From contig JAKAKR010000013.1 of NCBI GenBank assembly GCA_021813435.1, positions 120,107-184,106 on the forward strand: 64,000 bases of DNA, given 5' to 3'. The translations under genes were made by a program, and so were the position numbers. Position 1 is the stretch's first letter. Every line of letters starts with the position of its first letter. The stretch comes from Nanobdellota archaeon. Its GTDB lineage: Archaea; Nanobdellota; Nanobdellia; Woesearchaeales; UBA9642. A model generated the notes under the pieces. The model made no database searches and had not been told where the DNA came from. It saw nothing but the letters and a program-made list of their open reading frames with translations. Positions 24,768 to 34,548 of this stretch are shown here, one piece after another.

Positions 24768-26837
24768 ATGGTAAGAGTCAAGAAACATACTGGACTGATT
24801 GTACTGACGCGCATGACCATGATCATCGCGTTTGCAGCATTACTCGTATTTTCAATCGTCGCACTCAGCGGTTGCACTCTAAAATCAGAAGGCACCACGA
24901 CAGGCAGCACTGCATCTTCGGAAAATAAGTATCCGCAGAAACTTGATTGGTTCATCCCTGACGGGATGCGCGCAGATCCTGATCTCTTTAATATTTATCA
25001 ATGGGCGCAGGAGGGAAAGCTCCCGAATATCAAGCGCATGATGGACGAGGGATCCTATGGGTATTCGATACCGACCTATCCCTCTCATACACCGGTCAAT
25101 TTTGCAACACTGCTTACCGGAGCATATCCGAAGACAACCGGCATTGCAGACGGTCCTATGCGCATCGAAGGGTATAGTCTTGAAAAACCTTCTGTTGCAG
25201 GATTCAGTTCAAGTGCAAGAAAAATCCCTGCGATCTGGACAACATTCGAGGAAGAAGGCAAAAGCGTCGTACTCCTCTCAGTACCAGGTTCTACACCGCC
25301 TGAACTCAAGCAGAACGGCATCACGATCCGCGGAAGATGGGGCGGTTGGGGCGCAGATTTCAATTCACTCGTATTTGAGAAAAAATCAGTCGAGCAGCGC
25401 AAGAAACTTGCACGCAACGCGCGCCTATTCTATCTCGGACTTGAACTCACGGCATTTGTCGACCCGGTGATGAATGCATCCTGGGATATCACTGACCCTG
25501 ATGTGCAATCCATCGGCAATACGACTAAGATCGAGATGAAGATGTATGGCACTACATTCTATGCAAAAATGGTCGACAGCAGCGCAAACCCGCAAGCCGG
25601 ATATGATACTGTTCTCTTTTCCATCGATAGGAACACGACTGTTGCAACGCTCAAACAGGGTGAGTGGAGCATGTGGATCCCGGTCACATTCTTCTGGAAC
25701 AATAAGAGTGTTGCATCCCATGTCAAATTCAATGTGATCAAGATCGACAATGACGGATTCTACCGCTTCCGTGTTGTCGTCGATAATATGAATGAGTATA
25801 TCACTGAGCCGCAGGCAGTATCGCAGGAGATGGAAAAGGCGACAGGACCAATGGTTGATTTTGTGGATAATTTCCCGCCGCAACTCATCTATTATCCTGA
25901 AGACAAGGATACATTCATGCGTGAATCAGAATTATCATTTGACTGGCATGCGCGCGCAGTTGACGCCGTATACCGACTCTATCACCCGGATATCTTTATC
26001 CACGATATCTATTCGCCAAACCAGATGCTGACCAGCAGATGGTGGATGGGATATATTGATCCTGAGAGCAAGCGATATAATGATGTATCCGATGTCCAGC
26101 GCGAGCAATTATGGAGTGAGACCCAGGACATGTACAAGGAACTCGACCGTATCGTCGGTAAAATGCTGGACAATGCAGACAACAACACCATCATTGTCCT
26201 CAGTTCTGACCATGGCGCAGTTCCCTTTAATCGCGCAGTCAAGTTGAACAATCTCTTTGCAAAAAAAGGATGGATCAACTATACCATCAATCCCCAGACG
26301 GGAGAGCATGTGATTGATTGGACGCACTCACAAGTCGTCTTCCTCAAGATGGACAGCGTCTATGTCAACCCGAATGGCCTGGGGCCGAACTGGACGCGCG
26401 GGAGCGGACCTGCGTACGAGAAACTGCGCAGTGAGGTCATTGCAACACTGGAAAATATCACTGACACTAACGGGTCAAAACCGCTTGCCGCAGCAGTCAA
26501 ATGGGAAGATGTCAAAGCGTATCTCGACCTTCCGCCAGACCGCACAGGAGATATTGTGATTGCAAACAATGCAGGGTATGGATGGGATGAAGAGATCAGC
26601 GCTGACGGCGCCTTGTTCGCAACACCGCTCGAATCAGGATATAAACAGGCGATATTTGCAAATACGACGAAAGGACTCTGGACCCCCTTCATCATCGTCG
26701 GAAAAGGGATCAAGAAAGGATATCGCATCCCTGAACCCATCAATCATGTCGATCAGGTACCGACAATCCTGCATGCCATGAACCGGCCTATTCCTACAAC
26801 TGTCGAAGGGAGAGTGGTGAATGAGATCTTCGAATAA
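24768..26837 (+). CDS. lipobox-anchored alkaline-phosphatase-superfamily enzyme (type I phosphodiesterase/NPP-like)
   Basis: Signal peptide ending ALSGC. DGMRADP, PTYPSHTPVNFATLLTG (Thr nucleophile context) and SSDHG motifs. SD-like GGTGTGGGGGG lies upstream of ATG 24768. Confidence 0.75.
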   Translation: MVRVKKHTGLIVLTRMTMIIAFAALLVFSIVALSGCTLKSEGTTTGSTASSENKYPQKLDWFIPDGMRADPDLFNIYQWAQEGKLPNIKRMMDEGSYGYSIPTYPSHTPVNFATLLTGAYPKTTGIADGPMRIEGYSLEKPSVAGFSSSARKIPAIWTTFEEEGKSVVLLSVPGSTPPELKQNGITIRGRWGGWGADFNSLVFEKKSVEQRKKLARNARLFYLGLELTAFVDPVMNASWDITDPDVQSIGNTTKIEMKMYGTTFYAKMVDSSANPQAGYDTVLFSIDRNTTVATLKQGEWSMWIPVTFFWNNKSVASHVKFNVIKIDNDGFYRFRVVVDNMNEYITEPQAVSQEMEKATGPMVDFVDNFPPQLIYYPEDKDTFMRESELSFDWHARAVDAVYRLYHPDIFIHDIYSPNQMLTSRWWMGYIDPESKRYNDVSDVQREQLWSETQDMYKELDRIVGKMLDNADNNTIIVLSSDHGAVPFNRAVKLNNLFAKKGWINYTINPQTGEHVIDWTHSQVVFLKMDSVYVNPNGLGPNWTRGSGPAYEKLRSEVIATLENITDTNGSKPLAAAVKWEDVKAYLDLPPDRTGDIVIANNAGYGWDEEISADGALFATPLESGYKQAIFANTTKGLWTPFIIVGKGIKKGYRIPEPINHVDQVPTILHAMNRPIPTTVEGRVVNEIFE

Positions 26838-27495
26838 GAAGTACCTCAAGCAGGGAATAGTTCTTGTTTTTTTTTCAGTGATCACACTAGTCATGTTCGG
26901 ATCCCTTATCAGCATCTCCGGATGCGCAACCTCCGGGACTATCTCGAGTCAGAATGCAAGCACTGCATCGCAGGATAAGGATCTAGGGAATCACAACATA
27001 CTCGGCCGAGTATTTATTGCAAGCAGGTCTCTTTTCAACCAGACCTATTATGAGTTTGATGATGGCAATGAGAGCATCACGCTCAAGAGCATTCCTCATG
27101 TTGATGCAGTGGTTGCAGAATCATTGGTCTCTGACCGGCTCACACTGTTCAGATCAATCTTTGAACCCAAACGTGTCGACTATCCCGGGGCCTACACGCA
27201 AACCATCATCTGCCCTGAGGAATACAAGCCGAAATATGATGAGATAAATCTTACCGCGCAATCCGCGAGTACTGAGAACAGCGGCGCATACCTTAAGTAT
27301 TTTGTGGGATACGCCAACAGCAATAAAGTCGCAGGGGCATGCAGTGCTGACCTCATCGCCTACCATTACGCCTATGGATTCATGTACTGCCCAGGAGCGC
27401 AATCACTTGTCGAGATTGAATATTACGCAGTGCTTCCGCTCAATACCACGCAATCATTCATGAAAAACCTTGATTGCACGATGCTCAAAGAATAA
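26821..27495 (+). CDS. putative lipoprotein, unknown function
   Basis: Signal peptide with lipobox SISGC. It overlaps the upstream gene by 17 nt. I recognise no motif. Confidence 0.5.
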   Translation: MRSSNKKYLKQGIVLVFFSVITLVMFGSLISISGCATSGTISSQNASTASQDKDLGNHNILGRVFIASRSLFNQTYYEFDDGNESITLKSIPHVDAVVAESLVSDRLTLFRSIFEPKRVDYPGAYTQTIICPEEYKPKYDEINLTAQSASTENSGAYLKYFVGYANSNKVAGACSADLIAYHYAYGFMYCPGAQSLVEIEYYAVLPLNTTQSFMKNLDCTMLKE

Positions 27496-27506
27496 TAAGA
27501 ATAAGT

Positions 27507-29396
27507 ATGATGACAACACGAAAACAGGCGCTCACGCAAGACCGACCATACGCATTGTTCTGGTGCATTGTACTTCTTATTATCGTCATGATCACTGCCG
27601 GATGCGCGACAAAGGATACGCCCCCGCCACAAGAAGGATCCATCAATCTCTCCTGCCCGAACTGCAATATTATCCTACTTAATGTTGAGTTATTCCGCGC
27701 AGATTACATCGATCTCATCAGTACCGAGCATGGAAACAACACCCCGAATATCGACAGGTTCTTCAATAATTCAATCATATTCACTGATGCCTCAGCGCCT
27801 GCAGGATCGACCATCCAGAGCAATATTGCAGTCCTCACTGCCGAAAATCCTTTTATCATTAACCAGATACTTACCAAGAGATACCCGGGATATAATATTC
27901 TTCTCGACAAGAACGTTGATTATTTTACCGCATACCCGACGATCATACAATTGCTCAACAACGAAGGGTATTATACGGTTAATATCAATGAGGGCGGGCA
28001 TACCGGAAGATTCACATACATGGATAAGGGCGTTGACAATTATATTGAAGAGAGCGCATACGAGATGATGGGGATAAAATCTGCAAGAATGTTTCCGGCT
28101 ATTGCACGCACCATCACAGATCTCGAGAAGAATGAATCCCAAAAAAACAAGTTCTTCCTTCTTGCCCACAGCAACATCCTGCATAGTTCCCCGTATATTT
28201 ACCCCCTCAATCGATCACGGATCAATAGCTCGCTGATCAGGTATATCCCGATTTATGAAACAGGACAATACATGGTATTCGAGAATATCAGTACGGGAAA
28301 CCGCACCCCGGAATCATATGATAGCCCGGGATTCCACACCTGGTTTGAGGATTATGGATCAAAATTTCATGATATACCGCACTGGACCACTCAAAAGGAC
28401 AACACGCAGTATAAAGAAATAACGCAGCAACTGTATATACAGCAGGTGAAATACGTTGATGAAGAATTCGGAAAAATATTCGATCAGCTCGAAGAGAACA
28501 ATATGACTGACAATACCATCATCGTATTGTATGCAAACCATGGTGACGGACTCTTTGACAATGACGTGCCCGTGCATGACGTCGAATACCAATCATGCAT
28601 CCATGTCCCGATACTGATCAGGCATCCGCGAATCAATAAGACAATCGTTGTCACAACACCGGTCGCGCTCATTGACCTTATGCCTACAATCTATCATATG
28701 GTTTCTGAAAAAGAGCAGAATGGCACATTTGCAACCGCAGGACTTGCGGACGCCATGAGCGCAAAAAATTACACTCAAAAATATATCTTCGGTTTGAGCC
28801 AAAACCACGGCGATGAGTATGTACGAGATGGAGATATGAAATTACTCATACAAGCAAACAATGAAAAGACGCTCTATAATATCACCGCAGACCCGCATGA
28901 AGAGCACAATATTGCCGCGCAATATCCTGAGAAAGTAAAAGAATTAGACGATCTACTCATCACGCAGGAGATCGAATCAGAAAAAGAATACTATCGGCGG
29001 GAGGGACGCGATATAAACCTGACTGCAGCGCAGTATGAGATCATGAACGATGCATCATTTTATCACGGCTACGACAAGGAGCATAATGATGAGATATGGT
29101 ACCGATGGATAAGCGGGAATCATTCAGTCATAAGTCTTCCTGATAAGTATCATGGAAAGACTATCGAGATCCACGGAGGGTTTTTCTATTGCGAAAAGAA
29201 CCAGATGCGCCCGCAAATACGCATCAACGGGATCACAGTCACTGCATTCCCATTCAATACCACGCTCAATTCAACAAATATCACGTTCGAATCGCAAAAA
29301 GCCATGCGACCCATTGACTGCACAGTAAGCGCGAAAAGCGACGACACGAGATACCTTGCAGTATACATCGACAGCAACACACGAGTGATAAATTAA
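27507..29396 (+). CDS. lipobox-anchored sulfatase-like AP-superfamily enzyme with C-terminal FRW type-B module (paralogue 1)
   Basis: Lipobox ITAGC. ADYIDLISTEHGNNTPNIDRFF, APAGSTIQSNIAVLT, LYANHGDGL and DPHEEHNIA motifs. The last ~117 aa form the type-B module (WYRWISG...GGFFYC...RPIDC...TRYLAVYIDSNT). Confidence 0.75.
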   Translation: MMTTRKQALTQDRPYALFWCIVLLIIVMITAGCATKDTPPPQEGSINLSCPNCNIILLNVELFRADYIDLISTEHGNNTPNIDRFFNNSIIFTDASAPAGSTIQSNIAVLTAENPFIINQILTKRYPGYNILLDKNVDYFTAYPTIIQLLNNEGYYTVNINEGGHTGRFTYMDKGVDNYIEESAYEMMGIKSARMFPAIARTITDLEKNESQKNKFFLLAHSNILHSSPYIYPLNRSRINSSLIRYIPIYETGQYMVFENISTGNRTPESYDSPGFHTWFEDYGSKFHDIPHWTTQKDNTQYKEITQQLYIQQVKYVDEEFGKIFDQLEENNMTDNTIIVLYANHGDGLFDNDVPVHDVEYQSCIHVPILIRHPRINKTIVVTTPVALIDLMPTIYHMVSEKEQNGTFATAGLADAMSAKNYTQKYIFGLSQNHGDEYVRDGDMKLLIQANNEKTLYNITADPHEEHNIAAQYPEKVKELDDLLITQEIESEKEYYRREGRDINLTAAQYEIMNDASFYHGYDKEHNDEIWYRWISGNHSVISLPDKYHGKTIEIHGGFFYCEKNQMRPQIRINGITVTAFPFNTTLNSTNITFESQKAMRPIDCTVSAKSDDTRYLAVYIDSNTRVIN

Positions 29397-29417
29397 ATGT
29401 AGGCAAAGGCAAACAAC

Positions 29418-31331
29418 ATGAAAGCACGGAAAAAAACATCGCGGAGAAGATATCTTGTACTTGCATTGCTCATGAGCTGCATGTTCATCATTGCAGGATG
29501 CTCAGGGGATCATGTACGCACACAAAAGGAAGAGCTAATTGATCTCTCCTGCCCGAACTGCAATGTCATCTTTCTTAATATCGAACTATTACGCGCAGAC
29601 TACGTAGACCTCATCAGCACCGAGCACGGCAACAACACTCCAAATATCGACAAATTCTTCAATAATTCAATTATATTCACTGATGCATCAGCACCTGCAG
29701 GATCAACAATCCAGAGCAACATCGCAACACTTACTGACACCGATCCCTACATTATCGATCAGATCATCAAGCAAGGGTATAAACAACAAGAGGCATCCCC
29801 CCATGCTATTTCGCTTGGAAACACCTCATACCACAACAACCTCTTGAACCGGACCATTGCAGAGAGATTATCCGCCGAGGGGTATCACACTATCGATGTC
29901 AATGATGGCATACACGCAGGACGATATACTTCCATGGATGTAGGATTCAATGAATATAATGAAGAAACAGAATCAGGAACGCCAGAGGGCATGCGATTAA
30001 ATGCAGCACTGGTACGCACACAGGAGATAATCCAGAAAGAGAGCACGATACTTTACAAGAGCGATAACCTCCAACCCCTGAACAGAACCAATCACACTAC
30101 AAATAAATTCTTTCTTTTGCTCCACAGTAATCTCCTGCACGCGCTCCCCTATGCATATCCACTCAATCGATCAAGAATCATCGCACCGGAATTAGCATAT
30201 CTTAAATATGATGGCCTGCAATATAAATTATTTCTCGATTATCATCCCGAACAAGAACGCCCGAAGGACATGCAGGACAGTATGTTTAAGGAGTGGGCAT
30301 TACAGCACACCTGCAGTTATGGACAGACATGCTATACGAGTGAATCAGCATACCAACGCTACCATGCACTTGCGCATCAAGCCTATGCACAACAAGTACA
30401 ATATATTGATGAGGAGCTCGGAAAGATATTTGATGAGATTGAATCGCAGGGATTGATGAATAACACTATTATCGTCCTCTACTCCAATCATGGCGACGGA
30501 CTACTCGATAATAATGTTACGAATCATGATGTGTCCTACCAATCCTGCATCCACGTACCGCTCCTCATCAGACATCCCAAAGTCCACCGGCAATTACGGG
30601 TGGAGACGCCGGTTGCAATGCGTGATCTTGTGCCAACAATTACTGCGATGGTGCAAACGAAAAATACTACAACAGAAAGAAGTGTTGATCAGGGATTATT
30701 GCCCGCAATAACCAATCAGACGTATACACAGGAATATCTCTTCGGGCTCAGCAACGGGAAGTATGTCCGGCAGGGCGACATGAAATTGATCCTATTCTCG
30801 AGAAATAATCGTGAACTTTACAATATTACCGCAGACCCTCATGAAGAGCATAATATTGCAGCGCAGTATCCAGAAATCGTAAAAGAACTGAGCGATGCAT
30901 TATTTGCGCATGATATTGCAATGCAAGAAATACTCAAGAAAGAATTCAACATCAACGCGATATACCCCTACACCGTATATGACGAGGCAACATTCAAGAA
31001 TTTCTATGAGTGGGAATATGCCGCAGAAACACGTTTCCAATGGACAAGCGGTAAGCATGCTAGTATAGAGATCCCTGCAGTATACCTCGGAAGAACCATC
31101 GATATCCACGGAGGATTTTTCTATTGCGAGAATAACCAAACGCGCGCTCAAGCAAGGATCAATGGGGTCCCCATCACTGCATTCCCATTCAACATCACAC
31201 TAAACACGACAACACTGGATTTCGAATCCGATGATGCGATGCGACCGATAGATTGCGCGGCGAGTACGAAAAGCGACGACACGAGATACCTTGCAGTATA
31301 CATCGACAGCAATACACACATCATCAACTGA
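29418..31331 (+). CDS. lipobox-anchored sulfatase-like AP-superfamily enzyme with C-terminal FRW type-B module (paralogue 2)
   Basis: Lipobox IIAGC. It carries the same motif set as paralogue 1, and the two genes share long identical DNA stretches. Confidence 0.75.
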   Translation: MKARKKTSRRRYLVLALLMSCMFIIAGCSGDHVRTQKEELIDLSCPNCNVIFLNIELLRADYVDLISTEHGNNTPNIDKFFNNSIIFTDASAPAGSTIQSNIATLTDTDPYIIDQIIKQGYKQQEASPHAISLGNTSYHNNLLNRTIAERLSAEGYHTIDVNDGIHAGRYTSMDVGFNEYNEETESGTPEGMRLNAALVRTQEIIQKESTILYKSDNLQPLNRTNHTTNKFFLLLHSNLLHALPYAYPLNRSRIIAPELAYLKYDGLQYKLFLDYHPEQERPKDMQDSMFKEWALQHTCSYGQTCYTSESAYQRYHALAHQAYAQQVQYIDEELGKIFDEIESQGLMNNTIIVLYSNHGDGLLDNNVTNHDVSYQSCIHVPLLIRHPKVHRQLRVETPVAMRDLVPTITAMVQTKNTTTERSVDQGLLPAITNQTYTQEYLFGLSNGKYVRQGDMKLILFSRNNRELYNITADPHEEHNIAAQYPEIVKELSDALFAHDIAMQEILKKEFNINAIYPYTVYDEATFKNFYEWEYAAETRFQWTSGKHASIEIPAVYLGRTIDIHGGFFYCENNQTRAQARINGVPITAFPFNITLNTTTLDFESDDAMRPIDCAASTKSDDTRYLAVYIDSNTHIIN

Positions 31332-31437
31332 AAGAGGCATAACGTAACGCGATGACAGCAGAAGAGATTAAGCAATATTACTCAGGGGTAAACATTTATA
31401 AAGTCTGCCACAGCGTAGCAAAGTGAAGTGAATTATC

Positions 31438-32463
31438 ATGAAAATACTTATCATTAACCCGCTTGACGAGACGAATCTCGACGGGAAAAAAGGCGGCAAT
31501 CAACGTTTTGCAGAGGCACTTGCAAAAAATATCCGCAAGCACACCACCCACACGGTCGTTGAGAAATACACCCACTTTGATGACCATAAGCTGCGCAATA
31601 TCATCAATGCCTATATTGAGAATCGGAAGATCAATTGCCGCGGATATGACGTAGTCATTTCCATAAAATTCCCGAGTTATGTTATCCGGCACAAGAATCA
31701 TATATCACTCATCAATCATCGCATGCGGCGATACTATGATCTCTGGCCTGAATATAAAAAATCACTCCAGGGCGCCAAGCTTTGGGGGCAGATGCTAGCG
31801 CGCATGCTCTTTCATGTCGTCGATTCCTATTATCTCAAGAGGGTGAAAAGAATCTATGCGCAATCAGGAGTCATCAAGCATCGGCTTGCGCGTTCAGGCA
31901 TCCCATCACAAGTCCTCAATCCGCCAGAGACTATGCGTGGACTTACAAAGGGAAAATACCAGTACTTCCTGCTTCCCGGAAGACTCTACGATACAGGAAA
32001 GCGCGTCAGTCTTGCTATCGACGCGATGAAACAGGTCAAGGGCAATGTCAAACTGATCATTACTGGTGACGGGGGAGATGCTGCGGCGCTGCGTGAGCGT
32101 GCACGCAGTGATCCACGGATAATGTTTACAGGCTATATCAGCGAAAGAAAGCTTGCAGCACTCTACAAGGACGCACTTGCAGTCATCTTTATTCCTGTAG
32201 CAGAAGATTATGGCCTTGTCGCAGTCGAGGCGATGAAATGCGCAAAGCCTGTCATTACCTGCACGGATTCCGGCGGACCGACTGAACTTATCAAGAATCG
32301 TCGTAATGGTTTTATCTGCCCTCCACGTCCTGACCGCATCGCTTCCTGCATGACATACTTTGCAAAGAACAAAGCTGCAGCAAAGCGCATGGGCGCGCAG
32401 GCATACGCAGACACCCAATCCATCAACTGGAAGGATTATATCAGGAAAATCCTGCAACCATAA
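31438..32463 (+). CDS. GT4-family glycosyltransferase
   Basis: 341 aa. EDYGLVAVEAMKCAKPVI and TGGPTELI are typical of GT-B/GT4 enzymes. Confidence 0.8.
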   Translation: MKILIINPLDETNLDGKKGGNQRFAEALAKNIRKHTTHTVVEKYTHFDDHKLRNIINAYIENRKINCRGYDVVISIKFPSYVIRHKNHISLINHRMRRYYDLWPEYKKSLQGAKLWGQMLARMLFHVVDSYYLKRVKRIYAQSGVIKHRLARSGIPSQVLNPPETMRGLTKGKYQYFLLPGRLYDTGKRVSLAIDAMKQVKGNVKLIITGDGGDAAALRERARSDPRIMFTGYISERKLAALYKDALAVIFIPVAEDYGLVAVEAMKCAKPVITCTDSGGPTELIKNRRNGFICPPRPDRIASCMTYFAKNKAAAKRMGAQAYADTQSINWKDYIRKILQP

Positions 32464-32474
32464 CTTTTTTAACA

Positions 32475-33227
32475 ATGATCGATGTGAACCTTATCAAGGA
32501 ACTGGTGAAGACTGATTTCAAACTGAAATATTACGGATCATTCCTCGGATTTTTCTGGTCGCTGCTCAAGCCCTTTCTCATGCTCGGAATCCTCTACTAT
32601 GTATTCACCTATTTCATCAAGGTCCAGATAGAGAATTTTGCACTCTTCCTGCTCCTCGGCATCATCATCTGGAACTATTTTGTCGATACCACCTATGATA
32701 GCATGAATGCGATCACCGGCAAGAGATCAATACTGAGCAAGACAAAACTATCGCCTGCAATCATTGTCGTCAGCGCATCAATCCAACCTGAAATCACACT
32801 TTTCCTGAACCTTGTCGTCTTTTTCCTCATCTTTTTTTTCAGCGGGCATGCTATCGGAATGGAATTCTACTATTTCATCATCCTCATGGCACTCCTGATG
32901 CTCACGGCAACCGCGATATCGCTTGTCCTTATCTTTTTCCATGTCCGATTCATGGATTTCCGTCATATCTGGGATGTGTTCATCCAGATACTCTTCTGGG
33001 CGACGCCAATCGTCTACAATCTCGATTATGTCTCCCTCAATTTCCAGCGATGGTTCCTGCTCAACCCCATTGCACGCATAATCGTCGATGCGCGGGCAGT
33101 CATCCTCTATAATACGCTTCCAGAACCAAAGCAGATGATGATCACGCTCATTATTGTATTCATCATCAGTGTCGGATGCTATTATATCTACCGCATGACC
33201 CGCAACCGGATGGCTGATCTCCTATGA
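32475..33227 (+). CDS. ABC-2 type polysaccharide/teichoic-acid exporter permease (Wzm/TagG-like)
   Basis: 250 aa, 6 TM. The N-terminal DFKLKYYGSFLGFFWSLLKP motif is typical of ABC-2 permeases. It overlaps the ATPase gene by 4 nt. Confidence 0.8.
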   Translation: MIDVNLIKELVKTDFKLKYYGSFLGFFWSLLKPFLMLGILYYVFTYFIKVQIENFALFLLLGIIIWNYFVDTTYDSMNAITGKRSILSKTKLSPAIIVVSASIQPEITLFLNLVVFFLIFFFSGHAIGMEFYYFIILMALLMLTATAISLVLIFFHVRFMDFRHIWDVFIQILFWATPIVYNLDYVSLNFQRWFLLNPIARIIVDARAVILYNTLPEPKQMMITLIIVFIISVGCYYIYRMTRNRMADLL

Positions 33228-33991
33228 TCACTGCAAAAAAGATATCCAAAGAATATTACATCCCGCATATCAGAAAGACAACGCTATTTGAGAAACTGCT
33301 CAGTCTTGTGCGGGAACATCGCAAGATGGAAAAGTTCTATGCATTAAAGGATATTTCGTTCGAGGTGCAGAAAGGAGAGATCTTTGGCATCATCGGAAAG
33401 AACGGGAGCGGCAAGACAACACTGCTCAAGATCATCGGAGGGATTATCCCGCCAACGACAGGAACAGTCACTGCGACCGGAAAGGTTGTCCCATTTCTCG
33501 ACCTTGGCATCGGATTCCACCCAGAACTCACGGCGCGGGAGAACATCTACCTGTATGGCGCAATCATGGGCATGAGCCGTGAACAGATTACGCGGGAATT
33601 CAAGGAGATCCTGCGATTTGCAGGGGTCGAACGTTTCGCAGACATGAAACTCAAGCATTTCTCTGCAGGAATGGCCATGCGACTCGCATTCTCGACCATG
33701 ATCCGCACTGCATTCGACGCCATTATCCTTGACGAGGTCTTTGCGGTCGGCGATGGCGAATTCCAGAAGAAGTGTATGATAGAATTGCTTAAATTCAAAA
33801 AGCAGGGCAAGACCATCATCATCACGAGCCATGCCATGGATCCCATCATGGACTTTTGCGACCGCGCAATGCTTCTCGAGAATGGGACTGTCAAGATCAT
33901 CGGAAAGCCGCGGGATGTAGTCATGGCATACGACCCTGAGAGTGTCACGAAGAGAAGAAGATTGCGAAAATCCGCAGATAGTATCATATGA
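33224..33991 (+). CDS. ABC exporter ATP-binding protein (Wzt/TagH-like, no C-terminal carbohydrate-binding extension)
   Basis: Walker A GKNGSGKTTLLK, signature FSAGMAMRLAF and Walker B AIILDE. It is only 255 aa long. Confidence 0.85.
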   Translation: MITAKKISKEYYIPHIRKTTLFEKLLSLVREHRKMEKFYALKDISFEVQKGEIFGIIGKNGSGKTTLLKIIGGIIPPTTGTVTATGKVVPFLDLGIGFHPELTARENIYLYGAIMGMSREQITREFKEILRFAGVERFADMKLKHFSAGMAMRLAFSTMIRTAFDAIILDEVFAVGDGEFQKKCMIELLKFKKQGKTIIITSHAMDPIMDFCDRAMLLENGTVKIIGKPRDVVMAYDPESVTKRRRLRKSADSII

Positions 33992-34111
33992 AAAAAGTAA
34001 TGCATACCATGCATGCACTGACAAAGCAGCAAGAGAGCGCGCCAGCATCACCAACGATCTCGATCACCCTAATACTTTGCGCAGGACTAATTATACTGCT
34101 GCTTATCACTT

Positions 34112-34372
34112 CTACAGATTGCAGCCGCAGAGCAAGCGCAGTGCAAACCCGCGTCCCCGAGTTTCGAGCCGCAAGTAGCGGACTGTACGCAGTGCCTGCG
34201 CCAGACGCCGGCCAATCCGTGCAGTGGCGTCGGTGCGGATATTATCTGCGATGAGAATCGTGTACGTGTAGGGGAATCGCGATGATTTGAGAAAATCGAT
34301 GAGTGTGCGCACACTTGCAGCTAGCTGCTTCTCTTCATTGTAGACCGGTAGGACGATGAGGACACACGCCAA
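34112..34372 (-). pseudogene. GT2 glycosyltransferase N-terminal fragment
   Basis: VLIVLPVYNEEKQL...ILIADNIRTDAT...RGRGFAL, then a premature stop. A full GT2 would continue for about 150 more residues. TTG start. Confidence 0.55.
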
Positions 34373-34548
34373 ATGATATCTATAGTTTTTTATAGTTTTT
34401 TGAAAAATAGATCAGGGATCATTCCCAAAAAAACTCATTACAGAAAAATATTGTTTAAAAATGTTGCGACAAGATTGACGTGACGCAGTATCTGTGATCA
34501 GTATCTGGATAGATAGCATTTACCAAGCGTTCACCAAGATGAGTATAA

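Noticed and set aside
33344-34054. A 236-aa minus-strand ORF and a 161-aa ORF (33547-34032).
   Set aside because: They are antisense to the ABC ATPase gene, which has unambiguous Walker A, signature and Walker B motifs. They carry no motifs of their own.
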